DNA of 64,000 nt from an uncultured Desulfobacterales bacterium. GTDB taxonomy: Bacteria > Desulfobacterota > Desulfobacteria > Desulfobacterales > CAJINA01. A program made the translations under genes and the position numbers. Numbering within the stretch: position 1 is the stretch's first letter; every line of letters begins with the position of its first letter. Location of the stretch: the NCBI GenBank assembly GCA_964647585.1, contig CAZYGG010000004.1, positions 16,154 to 80,153 on the forward strand, given 5' to 3'. Shown piece by piece: positions 8,980 to 18,234 of this stretch. The notes below the pieces were generated by a model. That model was not told the DNA's origin and searched no databases. It worked only from the letters and a program-made list of their open reading frames with translations.

Positions 8980-9828
8980 ATGCGTTGCGGCAATGCCTAT
9001 CACCCAGAAATATACCCGAATTTAGTCCCTGTAATTTTTTTGATTTGCCTTTGTTTTTCCACCGCCTGTACACATCCTGTCAGGCGATTGGTGTTCCAAC
9101 CACACAAAATACAGTCGGTACCGCCATTTTCTAAAGATGTGGCTCACCTTGATCGGTTTTGGCTGAAAACAGAACAAGGTGACGTTGAGTGGTGGCTTTT
9201 TGAGGGATACGGGGTTGATGCCCGCCACAGTGGCCCTGCCGTTTTAATGGCTCATGGCAATCGTGAATTGATCGATTTTTACATGGGTCGTGCCAAAGCA
9301 TATCAAAGCATGGGCTACACTGTGCTCTTAGGCGAATATCGCGGATATGGGCGAAGTGCCGGAGAGCCGAGCAGAAAGCGCATTGAGCGTGATTACAGGC
9401 GATATTATGATCAATTAATATCTCTCCCGACAGTAGACTCTGAGCGCATTGTGTTCCATGGTCGCTCATTGGGCGGTGCTGTATTGAGTGAGCTTTCCCG
9501 ACAACGACCACCGGCTGCCATAATTGTGGAATCAACATTTACATCTATCAAGGCAATGGCGCATGGAGCACCTGATTTCTTACTTTCGGACAACTACGAC
9601 ACCCTCTCCGCGCTATTGGACTTTCAAGGTCCAATCTTGATCATCCATGGCACTGAAGACGATGTAGTGCCTGTCGAACACGCCCTGGAAATGAAAAGAC
9701 GAATTCCGACTGCCGAATTGCGCCTTTACAACTGCGGCCACAGCGATGGGCCGCCGGTATGGGAAAAATACTGGAAAGATATTTCTAAATTTCTTGATCA
9801 GGTATGGTCAACTGGCAAGAAGCCCTGA
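8980..9828 (+). CDS. secreted or lipoprotein-like alpha/beta hydrolase
   Basis: Hydrophobic N-terminus ending 'CFSTAC'. Nucleophile elbow 'GRSLGG'. 'IIHGTEDDVVP' and 'CGHSD' are consistent with a Ser-Asp-His triad. Confidence 0.75.
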   Translation: MRCGNAYHPEIYPNLVPVIFLICLCFSTACTHPVRRLVFQPHKIQSVPPFSKDVAHLDRFWLKTEQGDVEWWLFEGYGVDARHSGPAVLMAHGNRELIDFYMGRAKAYQSMGYTVLLGEYRGYGRSAGEPSRKRIERDYRRYYDQLISLPTVDSERIVFHGRSLGGAVLSELSRQRPPAAIIVESTFTSIKAMAHGAPDFLLSDNYDTLSALLDFQGPILIIHGTEDDVVPVEHALEMKRRIPTAELRLYNCGHSDGPPVWEKYWKDISKFLDQVWSTGKKP

Positions 9829-9838
9829 TTGAAGAGTA

Positions 9839-9858
9839 CCCTGCAGCAAGCTGCAGGG
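9839..9858. terminator. perfect GC-rich palindrome between convergent genes (possible bidirectional terminator, no U-tract)
   Basis: 'CCCTGCAGC-AA-GCTGCAGGG' lies between the stop of the hydrolase (+) and the stop of the HD protein (-). Confidence 0.35.
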
Positions 9859-9939
9859 GATGCGCTCGCTGATTCGGTCCACAATTTACGTTCATGAACC
9901 CTGAATTATCAAAGAACCGCTCAAGGCATCTTCATGTTC

Positions 9940-10638
9940 CTATAGCCGTCCTTCAATTTCACTGATAAAACGCTCAAAGAAGGCTTCCATGAAAGTATGA
10001 CGTTCGGCAGCCAGCCGCCGGCCTTCGTTTGTGAGCATACGGGTATGGATGTGGCGCAGCTTGACCAGGTACTCCCGGTAGCCCGTGTCGTTTTCCGAGT
10101 AGGCCGGAGCGGCGGTCACGTCGATATCGGGGTTGTGCAACCGGGCCCCGACCTCACCGGCAAACAGGTAGGCCCGGGCAACCCCCACCGCGCCGATGGC
10201 GTCCAGTTTATCGGCGTCGAACAGGATTTGGGCCTCAAGGGTCTCAGGCGCGTGGTTCTCCCGGAAACGGTGCGACCGGACACAGTGCACGATATTCTTT
10301 TTTTCTCGCCCGGATAGCGGCATCTCTTCCAGGATGACCGCAGCCAGGCGAGCCCCCTCACTGGCATGGCACCGCGCGCCGGAAGAACGATCCTGGTGAC
10401 AGCGACCGATATCGTGCAGATAGCCGGCGATACAAAGAACTTTCAGATCGGCCCGTTCGACTCGGCCGATGTGTTCGCAAAGCGCCACAACTCGCAGGGT
10501 GTGGTCCCAGTCGTGACTCCCCGAGGCCCTGAGAAAGAGCTTTCGGGACTGGTCTTTTATCGAGGCGATCAGGTCAGCAGCGGCCGCAGGGTCGGATTCG
10601 GGGGCGCCCCCACCTCTCGCGTGGTTCCGGTCGTCCAC
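9940..10638 (-). CDS. HD-domain phosphohydrolase
   Basis: 'HDWDHTLRV' and 'GYLHDIGR' give the H...HD...D metal-binding pattern. Confidence 0.8.
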   Translation of the reverse strand: MDDRNHARGGGAPESDPAAAADLIASIKDQSRKLFLRASGSHDWDHTLRVVALCEHIGRVERADLKVLCIAGYLHDIGRCHQDRSSGARCHASEGARLAAVILEEMPLSGREKKNIVHCVRSHRFRENHAPETLEAQILFDADKLDAIGAVGVARAYLFAGEVGARLHNPDIDVTAAPAYSENDTGYREYLVKLRHIHTRMLTNEGRRLAAERHTFMEAFFERFISEIEGRL

Positions 10639-10640
10639 TA

Positions 10641-11096
10641 TCAGCCGGACCTCTTACCGGTTATTTCGTTAAGGGTGATTGCTATCACCGTGGTAATTTT
10701 CAACTTGTTATCCGGATATTCGCCCCCCTGGCCGCCATAATGTTCCATGATAACATCCAGAGCCTCTATTTTTCCGGTTTCATCTTCGATAAATCGAGCC
10801 TCTCCGAAGGCAATGACACTTTCAAAGCGTTGCCCCCATTCGCAGTTTGTTTCCCCCCGGACAATTTCACGCGGGTTACTGAATTCAAGGCAGACCCGGG
10901 GGTTGGCCTTGAGCATGTCAATCTTCCGGCCCTGCCTGGCGGAATGGAAGTAGACGGTATTATCCCTATAGCCGAAATTCAGGGGAACCACATACGGCTG
11001 GCGGTTGTCGGCCAGGGCCAGGTGGCAGACCTGGGCCTCCCGGATGAGTTGCTCGATCTTATCTTTATCCTTGATTTCTTTATCTTTTCTGCGCAT
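10641..11096 (-). CDS. pyridoxamine 5'-phosphate oxidase-family FMN-binding protein (NimA-like)
   Basis: 'MRRKDKEIKDKDKIEQLIREAQVCHLALADNRQPYVVPLNFGY...VYFHSARQGRKIDMLKANPRVC' matches the family pattern. It lies 2 nt upstream of the HD gene. Confidence 0.7.
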   Translation of the reverse strand: MRRKDKEIKDKDKIEQLIREAQVCHLALADNRQPYVVPLNFGYRDNTVYFHSARQGRKIDMLKANPRVCLEFSNPREIVRGETNCEWGQRFESVIAFGEARFIEDETGKIEALDVIMEHYGGQGGEYPDNKLKITTVIAITLNEITGKRSG

Positions 11097-11236
11097 TAAA
11101 CACCTCCGGTAAAAATTTCTGAAAAATGATACAAGAGCCCCGACAGGTTGTCAATTACATCGCTTGCTAAAAACCTTGATTTTACGTTCGATACCAATTA
11201 GTAATTTCTTTTTTAAACCCGGTAAGGTCCCTTAAA

Positions 11237-11704
11237 ATGAATAAAAAAATTCTGGTAATCGACAACAACAGAATCATTCTCAACTTCATGAAAAAGCTCC
11301 TTGAAAAAGAGGGCCATGCGGTTGCTACGGCCGAGGACGGCCTGAGGGCCATCAACCTTCTGGACGACTTCCAGCCGGATATCATATTTACCGATCTGAT
11401 CATGCCCAATATCGAGGGGGACAAACTCTGCGAAATTGTCCGCAGCAAGGGATTGCATGACAACTGCTACCTGGTGCTCATGTCCGCGGCAGCCGTGGAA
11501 ATCAATTTTGAAGACGTCGATATTTCCGCGGATGCCTTTATGGCCAAAGGACCTTTCAATGAGATGACCCGCAACATTCTGGAAATCATCAACCACCACG
11601 ACCCGGGAATAGTTACCCCCATGACCAAACCGGTTATGGGTACCGATTCGGTGTCCCCCCCGGCAGATGACCGTGGAACTGCTCTCCAGAAACAGCCATC
11701 TTAG
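11237..11704 (+). CDS. single-domain response regulator (REC)
   Basis: 'KILVIDNN', phospho-acceptor region 'DIIFTDLIMPNIEGD', 'VLMSA', 'AFMAKGPF'. Confidence 0.85.
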   Translation: MNKKILVIDNNRIILNFMKKLLEKEGHAVATAEDGLRAINLLDDFQPDIIFTDLIMPNIEGDKLCEIVRSKGLHDNCYLVLMSAAAVEINFEDVDISADAFMAKGPFNEMTRNILEIINHHDPGIVTPMTKPVMGTDSVSPPADDRGTALQKQPS

Positions 11705-13265
11705 AACCGTGCTTGAAAGTATATCTGAAGGGATACTTGAAATTTCCGCGGGCAAAGTCGTCTATGCCAACCAGACGGCCTGCCGGCTCTTCGGTCTCCC
11801 ACAGGAAAAGATGCTTTCAGTCACCCCGGAAGCCCTGTTTGAAAATAGCGCGGCCAACCGGGTTAGAAGACTGCTGGACACGACGACCACGACCGCAGTC
11901 GCGATTGGGACCCGGGTACCCCTCCAGCTTCTGAAAAAAAGAGTCCGGCTGCGCTGCCTGCCAGCCATCGGTGAAAACACCGTCATTTTGATGCTCTCGG
12001 ACGTTACCGAGCGCTTAGCCATCGAAAAAGAGCTGCACAAATACCGTGATCATCTGGAGCGCCTGGTGGAAAAACGCACGGCCGATTTGACCAGGACCAC
12101 CAAAAAACTTCACCAGGCCCAGAAACTGGAAGCCATCGGCACCCTCGCCCGCGGTATCGCCAACGACCTGAACAATGTCCTCGCAGGCATCATCAGCTAT
12201 CCGGAATTACTCCTGGCGCAAATCGGGCCGGATGACACCCTGGTCGCGCCACTGCAGACAATTAAAAAATCAGGGGAAAAAGCCGTCGCCATCGTGCAGG
12301 ACCTCTTGAACCTGGCCAATCGCGGTGTATCCGCTTCTGAAGTTGTCTCCCTGAACGAAACCATTCTGGCCAGTCTCGACAGCCCCGAGTTCCAGAAACT
12401 GCAAGCCTATCACCCGACCGTAAAGGTGCAAACTGACCTGATGACCGACCTCCCCCATATGCTGGGGTCTCCCCGCGACCTTTCCAGGGCACTGATGAAC
12501 CTGGTGTCCAACGCGGTCGCGGCCATGCCCTCGGGTGGCGGGATCACCATCACCACGCAGGTCCGGCACCTTGACCGCCCCCTAGACGGCTACCCTGACA
12601 TTGATGCAGGCGAATATATAGAAGTAACCGTAACCGATACCGGCGTGGGAATTTCTGAAAATGATATCACGCGTATCTTTGAACCGTTTTACACCAAAAA
12701 CGAGATGGGCCGCAGCGGCACCGGCCTGGGCATGGCGGTTGTCTGGGGAACTGTGAAAGACCACCAGGGTTACATTGACGTTGAAAGTATCATGGGGCAG
12801 GGCACCACCTTCAGCCTCTATTTTCCCGTACCCCGGCAGTTACCCGAGAAGAAACCCGCAACCGTATTGCTTGAACAACTCAGGGGCAACGGAGAATCCG
12901 TGCTGGTGGTGGATGATATGCCGGAACAACTGGAAATCGCTACCGGCATGCTGACCGAACTGGGGTACCAGGTCGCCAAGGCCGACAGCGGTGAAGCGGC
13001 CGTGTCCTACCTGCAGACCCACACGGTCGACCTGCTGCTGGATATGATTATGACACCGGGCCGCGACGGCCTGGAAACCTACCGGAAAATTCTCACGGCC
13101 CACCCTCACCAAAAAGCGGTTGTTTCCAGCGGCTTTTCAGCCACCGACCGCGTCCGTGAGGCGCACGCGCTCGGGGCCGGGCAATTCCTGCGCAAACCCT
13201 TTTCCATACAGGCACTGGGGATCAGTGTTAAAAAAGCCCTGCAGGGTAAAACCAACGAAGCCTAA
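11667..13265 (+). CDS. PAS / HisKA-like / HATPase_c / REC hybrid sensor kinase with non-canonical H-box (His replaced by Asn)
   Basis: PAS-like N-terminus. DHp 'KLEAIGTLARGIANDLNNVLAGI'. N-box 'LMNLVSNAVAAM', G1 'DTGVGI', G2 'GTGLGMAVV'. REC 'VLVVDD...LLLDMIMTPGRDG...LRKPF'. It overlaps the upstream RR by 38 nt, so the start is uncertain. Confidence 0.8.
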   Translation: MTVELLSRNSHLRTVLESISEGILEISAGKVVYANQTACRLFGLPQEKMLSVTPEALFENSAANRVRRLLDTTTTTAVAIGTRVPLQLLKKRVRLRCLPAIGENTVILMLSDVTERLAIEKELHKYRDHLERLVEKRTADLTRTTKKLHQAQKLEAIGTLARGIANDLNNVLAGIISYPELLLAQIGPDDTLVAPLQTIKKSGEKAVAIVQDLLNLANRGVSASEVVSLNETILASLDSPEFQKLQAYHPTVKVQTDLMTDLPHMLGSPRDLSRALMNLVSNAVAAMPSGGGITITTQVRHLDRPLDGYPDIDAGEYIEVTVTDTGVGISENDITRIFEPFYTKNEMGRSGTGLGMAVVWGTVKDHQGYIDVESIMGQGTTFSLYFPVPRQLPEKKPATVLLEQLRGNGESVLVVDDMPEQLEIATGMLTELGYQVAKADSGEAAVSYLQTHTVDLLLDMIMTPGRDGLETYRKILTAHPHQKAVVSSGFSATDRVREAHALGAGQFLRKPFSIQALGISVKKALQGKTNEA

Positions 13266-13315
13266 CAACCCTGCCATCTATTTTATGCAAAAGATGCCCC
13301 TTGTGGCCGGACACC

Positions 13316-14014
13316 CTATTCCAGTGACATGACCCCCAACCAGCGTTCATATTCGGTAACCACGGGAAAGCCGCGCTTTTTCAATAGGGCCATGATGGGC
13401 CCGGCATTGAAACGAAGATAAGGATTCACTTCCAGTTCATCCGCCAGGGTGGAATGAATGTGGGCGTTATCGTACTTTTTCAGGTAGGCATCGATTGCGA
13501 CATTATCCGGTTCAACGATTTTGGCAAAGGCCATTGCATAGCTGACATAATCGTGTCCCGCATAAACCCGGGTTGCCGCCGGATAGGCCAGCAGTTTCTT
13601 TATGGACTCGTAAAAGGCCTTGAGATCTCCGCTGAAACAATTTCCCACCGTACCGTTAAACAACGTATCACCGGTAATCAGACAGTTTGCCACGCTGAAG
13701 GAAAGCGAATCGTCGGTATGCCCCGGAGTTTCGATCACCTCTACAGTCAAGTTATCGATGGCGACCTGTCCCGCCTTGAGCAGCATTTCCCGGGAAAGGT
13801 ATTCAGCCCCCGACAGCTTGACCAGGTCACCGGTGCCGGCCGTGTGATCCGGATGTTTATGGGTGTTGATCACGTATTTCAACTGCAGGCCGCGCTTTTC
13901 CACAAAATCAAGAATAGCCTGCCCGGCCCCGCCGTCAATGGCCAGGGCGGTTTCATTTCCATAAACCAGGTAACCCAGATTGTCGGATGAATAGCGAAAC
14001 TGTCGGATGCCCAT
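13316..14014 (-). CDS. MBL-fold hydrolase, hydroxyacylglutathione hydrolase-like
   Basis: 'NTHKHPDHTAG' (HxHxDH), 'TPGHTDDS', 'YAGHDY'. ATG at 14014 is preceded by GGAGG. The listed ORF extends to 14035. Confidence 0.8.
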   Translation of the reverse strand: MGIRQFRYSSDNLGYLVYGNETALAIDGGAGQAILDFVEKRGLQLKYVINTHKHPDHTAGTGDLVKLSGAEYLSREMLLKAGQVAIDNLTVEVIETPGHTDDSLSFSVANCLITGDTLFNGTVGNCFSGDLKAFYESIKKLLAYPAATRVYAGHDYVSYAMAFAKIVEPDNVAIDAYLKKYDNAHIHSTLADELEVNPYLRFNAGPIMALLKKRGFPVVTEYERWLGVMSLE

Positions 14015-14440
14015 GCTGCCTCCAAAGCCATGCAATCGTGTCGGGGTATTGTAACCGTTGGAAGATAAACGACGATCAACCTAATAAGCATAACGCCTGT
14101 GGGCTGTCAAGCAAAGGGGCCGCAGCCGGTCGACCATCAGAACCTGCGACCTTACACCATCCGTTCAGGTGTAGATCTATAAAAGGTGCTAAAAACCGGC
14201 AGACGTTACTTATTATTGTTCCATCATGAAATGCAGTGCTTTCTTAACCTGTTGAATTTTAATTTGTTAAGTGTATACTCATCCAGACCTGCCCGAACGA
14301 GAGAAAAGTTCAAAAATAACTGATTCTCACTAAAACCGCGATAGCGACAGAATAAGAAGTTGGGTTTGAAACCTTACCGGCCCTGTTATGGTCAATTATA
14401 TTTAAAAAGACCACATGAAATTAAATTGTGACGATCATAT

Positions 14441-15436
14441 ATGAAAGCTATTTTGCACACAAAATTCGGACCACCGGATGAACTTCAGCTCAAAGAGGTA
14501 GAAAAACCTGTCCCTCGGGACAATGCAGTCCTGATAAAAATACATGCGGCATCGGTAACTTCCACGGACTGTAATGCTCGTAATTTCACATTTGTCTCGA
14601 AAGTGTTCCAACTCCCCGCGCGACTATTCTTTTTTGGTATTTTCAGACCAAGAATAAACATACTGGGGATAGACCTGGCTGGCGAAATCGAGGCGATTGG
14701 CAAAGCTGTAAACCGATTTAAAGTAGGTGACCAAGTTTTTGGGACCTCCGGCATCGCTTTTGGCGCCCATGCCGAGTACACATGCATGCCCGCAGATGGG
14801 GTGCTGACAATAAAACCGGCCAACATGGCCTGGGAGGAAGCCGCTTCCGTTTTTCTCGGGGCGCATACAGCGCTATTTTTCCTTAGAGATAAGGGGAATA
14901 TCCAGGCCGGACAAAAAATACTTATCTATGGCGCCTCCGGAGGTATAGGTACTTTTGCAGTACAACTAGCTAAATATTTTGGAGCCGAAGTTACCGGGGT
15001 TTGCAGTACCAAGAATTTAGAAATGGTGAAATCCATAGGAGCCGATAAGGTCCTTGATTATACGAAAGAGGACTTTACCAAGAGTGTTGCGGCCTATGAT
15101 CTTATTTTTGACACGATAGGCAAGACTTCTTTCTCAAACTGCAAAAAAGCACTGAAGAAAAAGGGTGTTTTTCTCACGTCCTCAATGGATCTGCCAGAGA
15201 TCATACAAATAGTATGGACTTCAATGACAGGCGGCAAGAGAGTCAAAGGCGGGGTAGCGATCGAGAGAGTTGAAGATCTGCTTTTCTTCAAAGACTTGAT
15301 TGAGTCAGGAAAGTTAAAACCAGTCATAGACCGGTGCTATCCGCTGGAACAGACTGCCGCGGCTTTCCGGTATGTTGAAAAAGGACACAAAAAGGGGAAT
15401 GTAGCCATAACTGTGGCGCACAATAGCAGAACCTGA
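14441..15436 (+). CDS. NAD(P)-dependent medium-chain dehydrogenase/quinone oxidoreductase family
   Basis: GroES-like N-terminus 'VLIKIHAASVT' and Rossmann motif 'GASGGIGTFAVQLAKYFGAEVTGV'. Confidence 0.85.
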   Translation: MKAILHTKFGPPDELQLKEVEKPVPRDNAVLIKIHAASVTSTDCNARNFTFVSKVFQLPARLFFFGIFRPRINILGIDLAGEIEAIGKAVNRFKVGDQVFGTSGIAFGAHAEYTCMPADGVLTIKPANMAWEEAASVFLGAHTALFFLRDKGNIQAGQKILIYGASGGIGTFAVQLAKYFGAEVTGVCSTKNLEMVKSIGADKVLDYTKEDFTKSVAAYDLIFDTIGKTSFSNCKKALKKKGVFLTSSMDLPEIIQIVWTSMTGGKRVKGGVAIERVEDLLFFKDLIESGKLKPVIDRCYPLEQTAAAFRYVEKGHKKGNVAITVAHNSRT

Positions 15437-15481
15437 AAAAGTGAGTGCGCCTATTCTGGCAAGCCGTTTGAGAAAACCATA

Positions 15482-15825
15482 ATGGATACAGACTTTATTA
15501 TGGAAAACGCTGAATACCCAGACCAGAAACACTTGCGACGATAAGAATCGCCTACATTGCCTTTTGCATTGAAAACAGCGTTTCCGGGAGGGCGCTGTTC
15601 GAGGCGTTTAGAAAAGTCCCGACGATTGATCCGGAATACGTCCAATTCTGCTGTGCCGAGTGGTTCTGGAAACACCAGGTTAATTCTTATGCGTTACAGG
15701 TGGAACCGGAAAGGTTTAAGCGTCTTGATAAAACAAGCCTTGATTACCGGGAAGCATTGCATATAGAGACAGTCCGCAACGAGTTCTTTATCCGGCTTGA
15801 AAAATTACTGAGTGCCTATCAGTAA
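15482..15825 (+). pseudogene. possible frameshifted or start-less small gene (about 112 aa, unknown family)
   Basis: Frame 1 reads a protein-like 104-codon stretch (15514-15825, '...IRIAYIAFCIENSVSGRALFEAFRKVPTIDPEYVQFCCAEWFWKHQ...EFFIRLEKLLSAYQ*') with no usable start. ATG 15482 in frame 2 ('MDTDFIMENAEYPDQKHLRR*') stops at 15542, within the overlap. Confidence 0.3.
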
Positions 15826-15826
15826 A

Positions 15827-15865
15827 GATCCTGGCCCAGGGGGCCAGGCTTTGGGTTGCCCCTGG
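15827..15865. repeat. REP-like GC-rich palindromic element, copy A
   Basis: 'GATCCTGGCCCAGGGGGCCAGGCTTTGGGTTGCCCCTGG'. The 7-bp stem CCTGGCC/GGCCAGG has a 5-nt loop. It starts 2 nt after a TAA. Near-identical to 36681-36725. Confidence 0.6.
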
Positions 15866-15874
15866 AAAATAATA

Positions 15875-18234
15875 TCAGGCCATGCACACCCGCCGAATCT
15901 GCGGCAGATCACTCTTTCCCTGGAAAACCTTGTCAATCCCGTCCTGCTTCAGGGTGGTCATACCATCCTGGATGGCCTGCTTGCGAATCTGGTCGACCAA
16001 TGACTGCTTTTCGATCAACTTCTTAATGGCATCCGTCCCCATGAGCAATTCATGCAATCCCATACGACCGCGATAGCCGGTGTAATTGCACGCATCGCAA
16101 CCATTGGCCCGGTAGAGGGTCAGGTTGCCCTTGTAAGCAGGCAGCTGTGTTTTTTATATAACTGCTCACCGCCATACTCCGCGACGATCTGGTGGTATTC
16201 TTTTTCCGTGGGATGAAAATTCTGTTTACACACCTCACAGAGGGTGGGTGCCAGACGCTGGGCCAGAATGGATAAAATCGCGTCGGCAAAACTGAACGGC
16301 TCCATGCCCATATTCAGCAACCGGGTGATGCTCTCCGGGGCACTGTTGGTATGCAGGGTTGAAAAAACCAGGTGCCCGGTAAGCGAAGCCTCGATCCCTA
16401 TCTGGGCGGTTTCACTGTCACGCATTTCACCCACCATAATGACATCCGGATCGGCCCTGAGAAACGCCCGCAGAGCCGCCGCGAAATCAAATCCTATTTT
16501 GGGCTTTACCTGGACCTGGCTGAGACCGGCCTGGGTGATTTCGATGGGGTCTTCGGCCGTCCAGATTTTCCTTTCCGGTTTATTGATGTGCCCCAGGGCG
16601 GAATGCAGGGTGGTGGTTTTCCCGCTGCCGGTGGGGCCACAGACAAACACAATGCCGTAGGGATTTGAGATCGAGGCGACAAAATTATCATAATTGCGCT
16701 TTGAGAAACCGAGACTGCCCAGCGGCATCGGTTTGCTGTTGGCCAGAATACGAATGGCAACCGTCTCCCCGCTTCCCTGGGTCGGGACTGTGGCCACCCT
16801 GAGTTCTACGTCCAGTCCCCCGTATTTTTTAAACTTGATCTTGCCGTCCTGGGGGATGCGCCGTTCGGCAATATCAAGGTCGGCCATTATTTTCAGGCGG
16901 GATACCACGGCCGACTGGTGCTTGTGAGGCAGGGTTTTATATTCCGTGCAAAAACCGTCGACCCTGAAGCGGACCTGGGTGTCCCGCCCGTCCTGCTGCG
17001 GTTCAATATGGATATCCGATGTTCCCCGTTCATACGCGGAAACGATAATATCGTTCACCAGTTTCGCCGCCTCACTGCCTTCCTCAAAGAGGACCTCTGC
17101 GACCGCCGCAGATTCCTCGGAAGCGGCAATCTCAGCCAGGGTCGGTGCTTCCCGGGAACCGGTCGCGTCTTCCTCAACGGTTTCTCCGGATGCTCCCCGT
17201 TTGCCATCTTTCCGTGAGGCCGACCGGACCAGGGTCGCTGTTCTCATCTGCAATGCTTTCTCGCAGCAGTCAATATACCTGAGGATCTCTTTTTTTAAGG
17301 CAATACAGAACCCGACCTGCTGGTCTGAGAAAATCGACTTGATCTCATCGACCCGCTGCAGGCTGTGAGGGTCGTCTATGGCCACCATGACACGCCCTTT
17401 TTCTACACAGAGCGGGACCCAGGTATTGTTTTTTAGAAATGACGGCTTCAGATTTTTGAAAAGGTCGATATCGACCGGGGTGCCGTCTTTGAAGGATACA
17501 AAGGGTACCCGGTAGTAGGCTGACAAAGATTTTCCAAGATCTTCCCGGGAAATACCGTGACCTCTGATAAGTGTTTCTTCAACCGGTTCTTCCCGTTTAC
17601 CAGCGGTAATCAGCGCTTTGTGCAGATCCTTGCGACTCAGGAGAAACTGTTTCAGGAGATAGTCAAATTTTTCGATTCTACCCTGGGCACTGCGTTTCTG
17701 GTTGTAGAAAGCAGCTCCCAGATGCCGGGCCAGCGTCGCAGCGGCCTGCTCCTCCTGGTCTGAAAACGGCTGGCCATCTTTCCGGTTCAGGGCCTGGATG
17801 GCACCGAGTGTAAAGGTTTTATAGGCAATCGGAACCACGAGAATCTGGTGGGTGGCAAAGCCGGACCGGGCATCCCAGCGACCGTCAAATTTTATTCCAG
17901 GGTCTATACCGGCAAGTTCCAGGTTGTCGTAGGCGTCCGCGACTCTCAAAACTTTCTTTTTACCCACGGCATAACCGACAATACTGTTCGGGGTAACCGG
18001 CAGGCGGATTTCGTTCAGGTCTTTACCTGATTTTACGACAGTCACCAGTTCACGCTGGCGCCCGTTATAGGAAAAAACGCTCAGGCGTTCAGCGTTCATA
18101 CAGGCGGCCATTTCCGGAATCATGGCGGCGAGCGTGTCGGGGAGGTTGCGCGCCTTGTCTATGCGGGTACAGATGTCCTGCAGGTACAGGCCTTGTTCGA
18201 GATTTTCCCGGGTCATCACTGAATTTGTTTGCAT
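15875..18234 (-). pseudogene. GAF-domain GspE/PilB-family secretion ATPase, interrupted by one frameshift
   Basis: Walker A 'GPTGSGKTTT', 'VGEMRD', and N-terminal GAF-like plus T2SSE_N-like regions. The reading frame breaks at the T6/A6 run 16150-16155. Shifting frame restores '...QLPAYKGNLTLYRANGCDACNYTGYRGRMGLHELL...', which joins ORF 15875-16063. The likely start is 'MQTNSV' at 18234. Confidence 0.8.

Noticed and set aside
8880-9134. 84-aa ORF overlapping the hydrolase start.
   Set aside because: It is in a different frame from a hydrolase with clear GxSxG and catalytic motifs, and has no RBS or recognisable domain.
15469-15513. In-frame TGA at 15511, considered as possible selenocysteine recoding for the start-less ORF.
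   Set aside because: The upstream frame-1 segment is only 13 codons between two TGAs ('ENHNGYRLYYGKR'), with no start and no obvious SECIS-like hairpin downstream. A frameshift from ATG 15482 is the simpler explanation.
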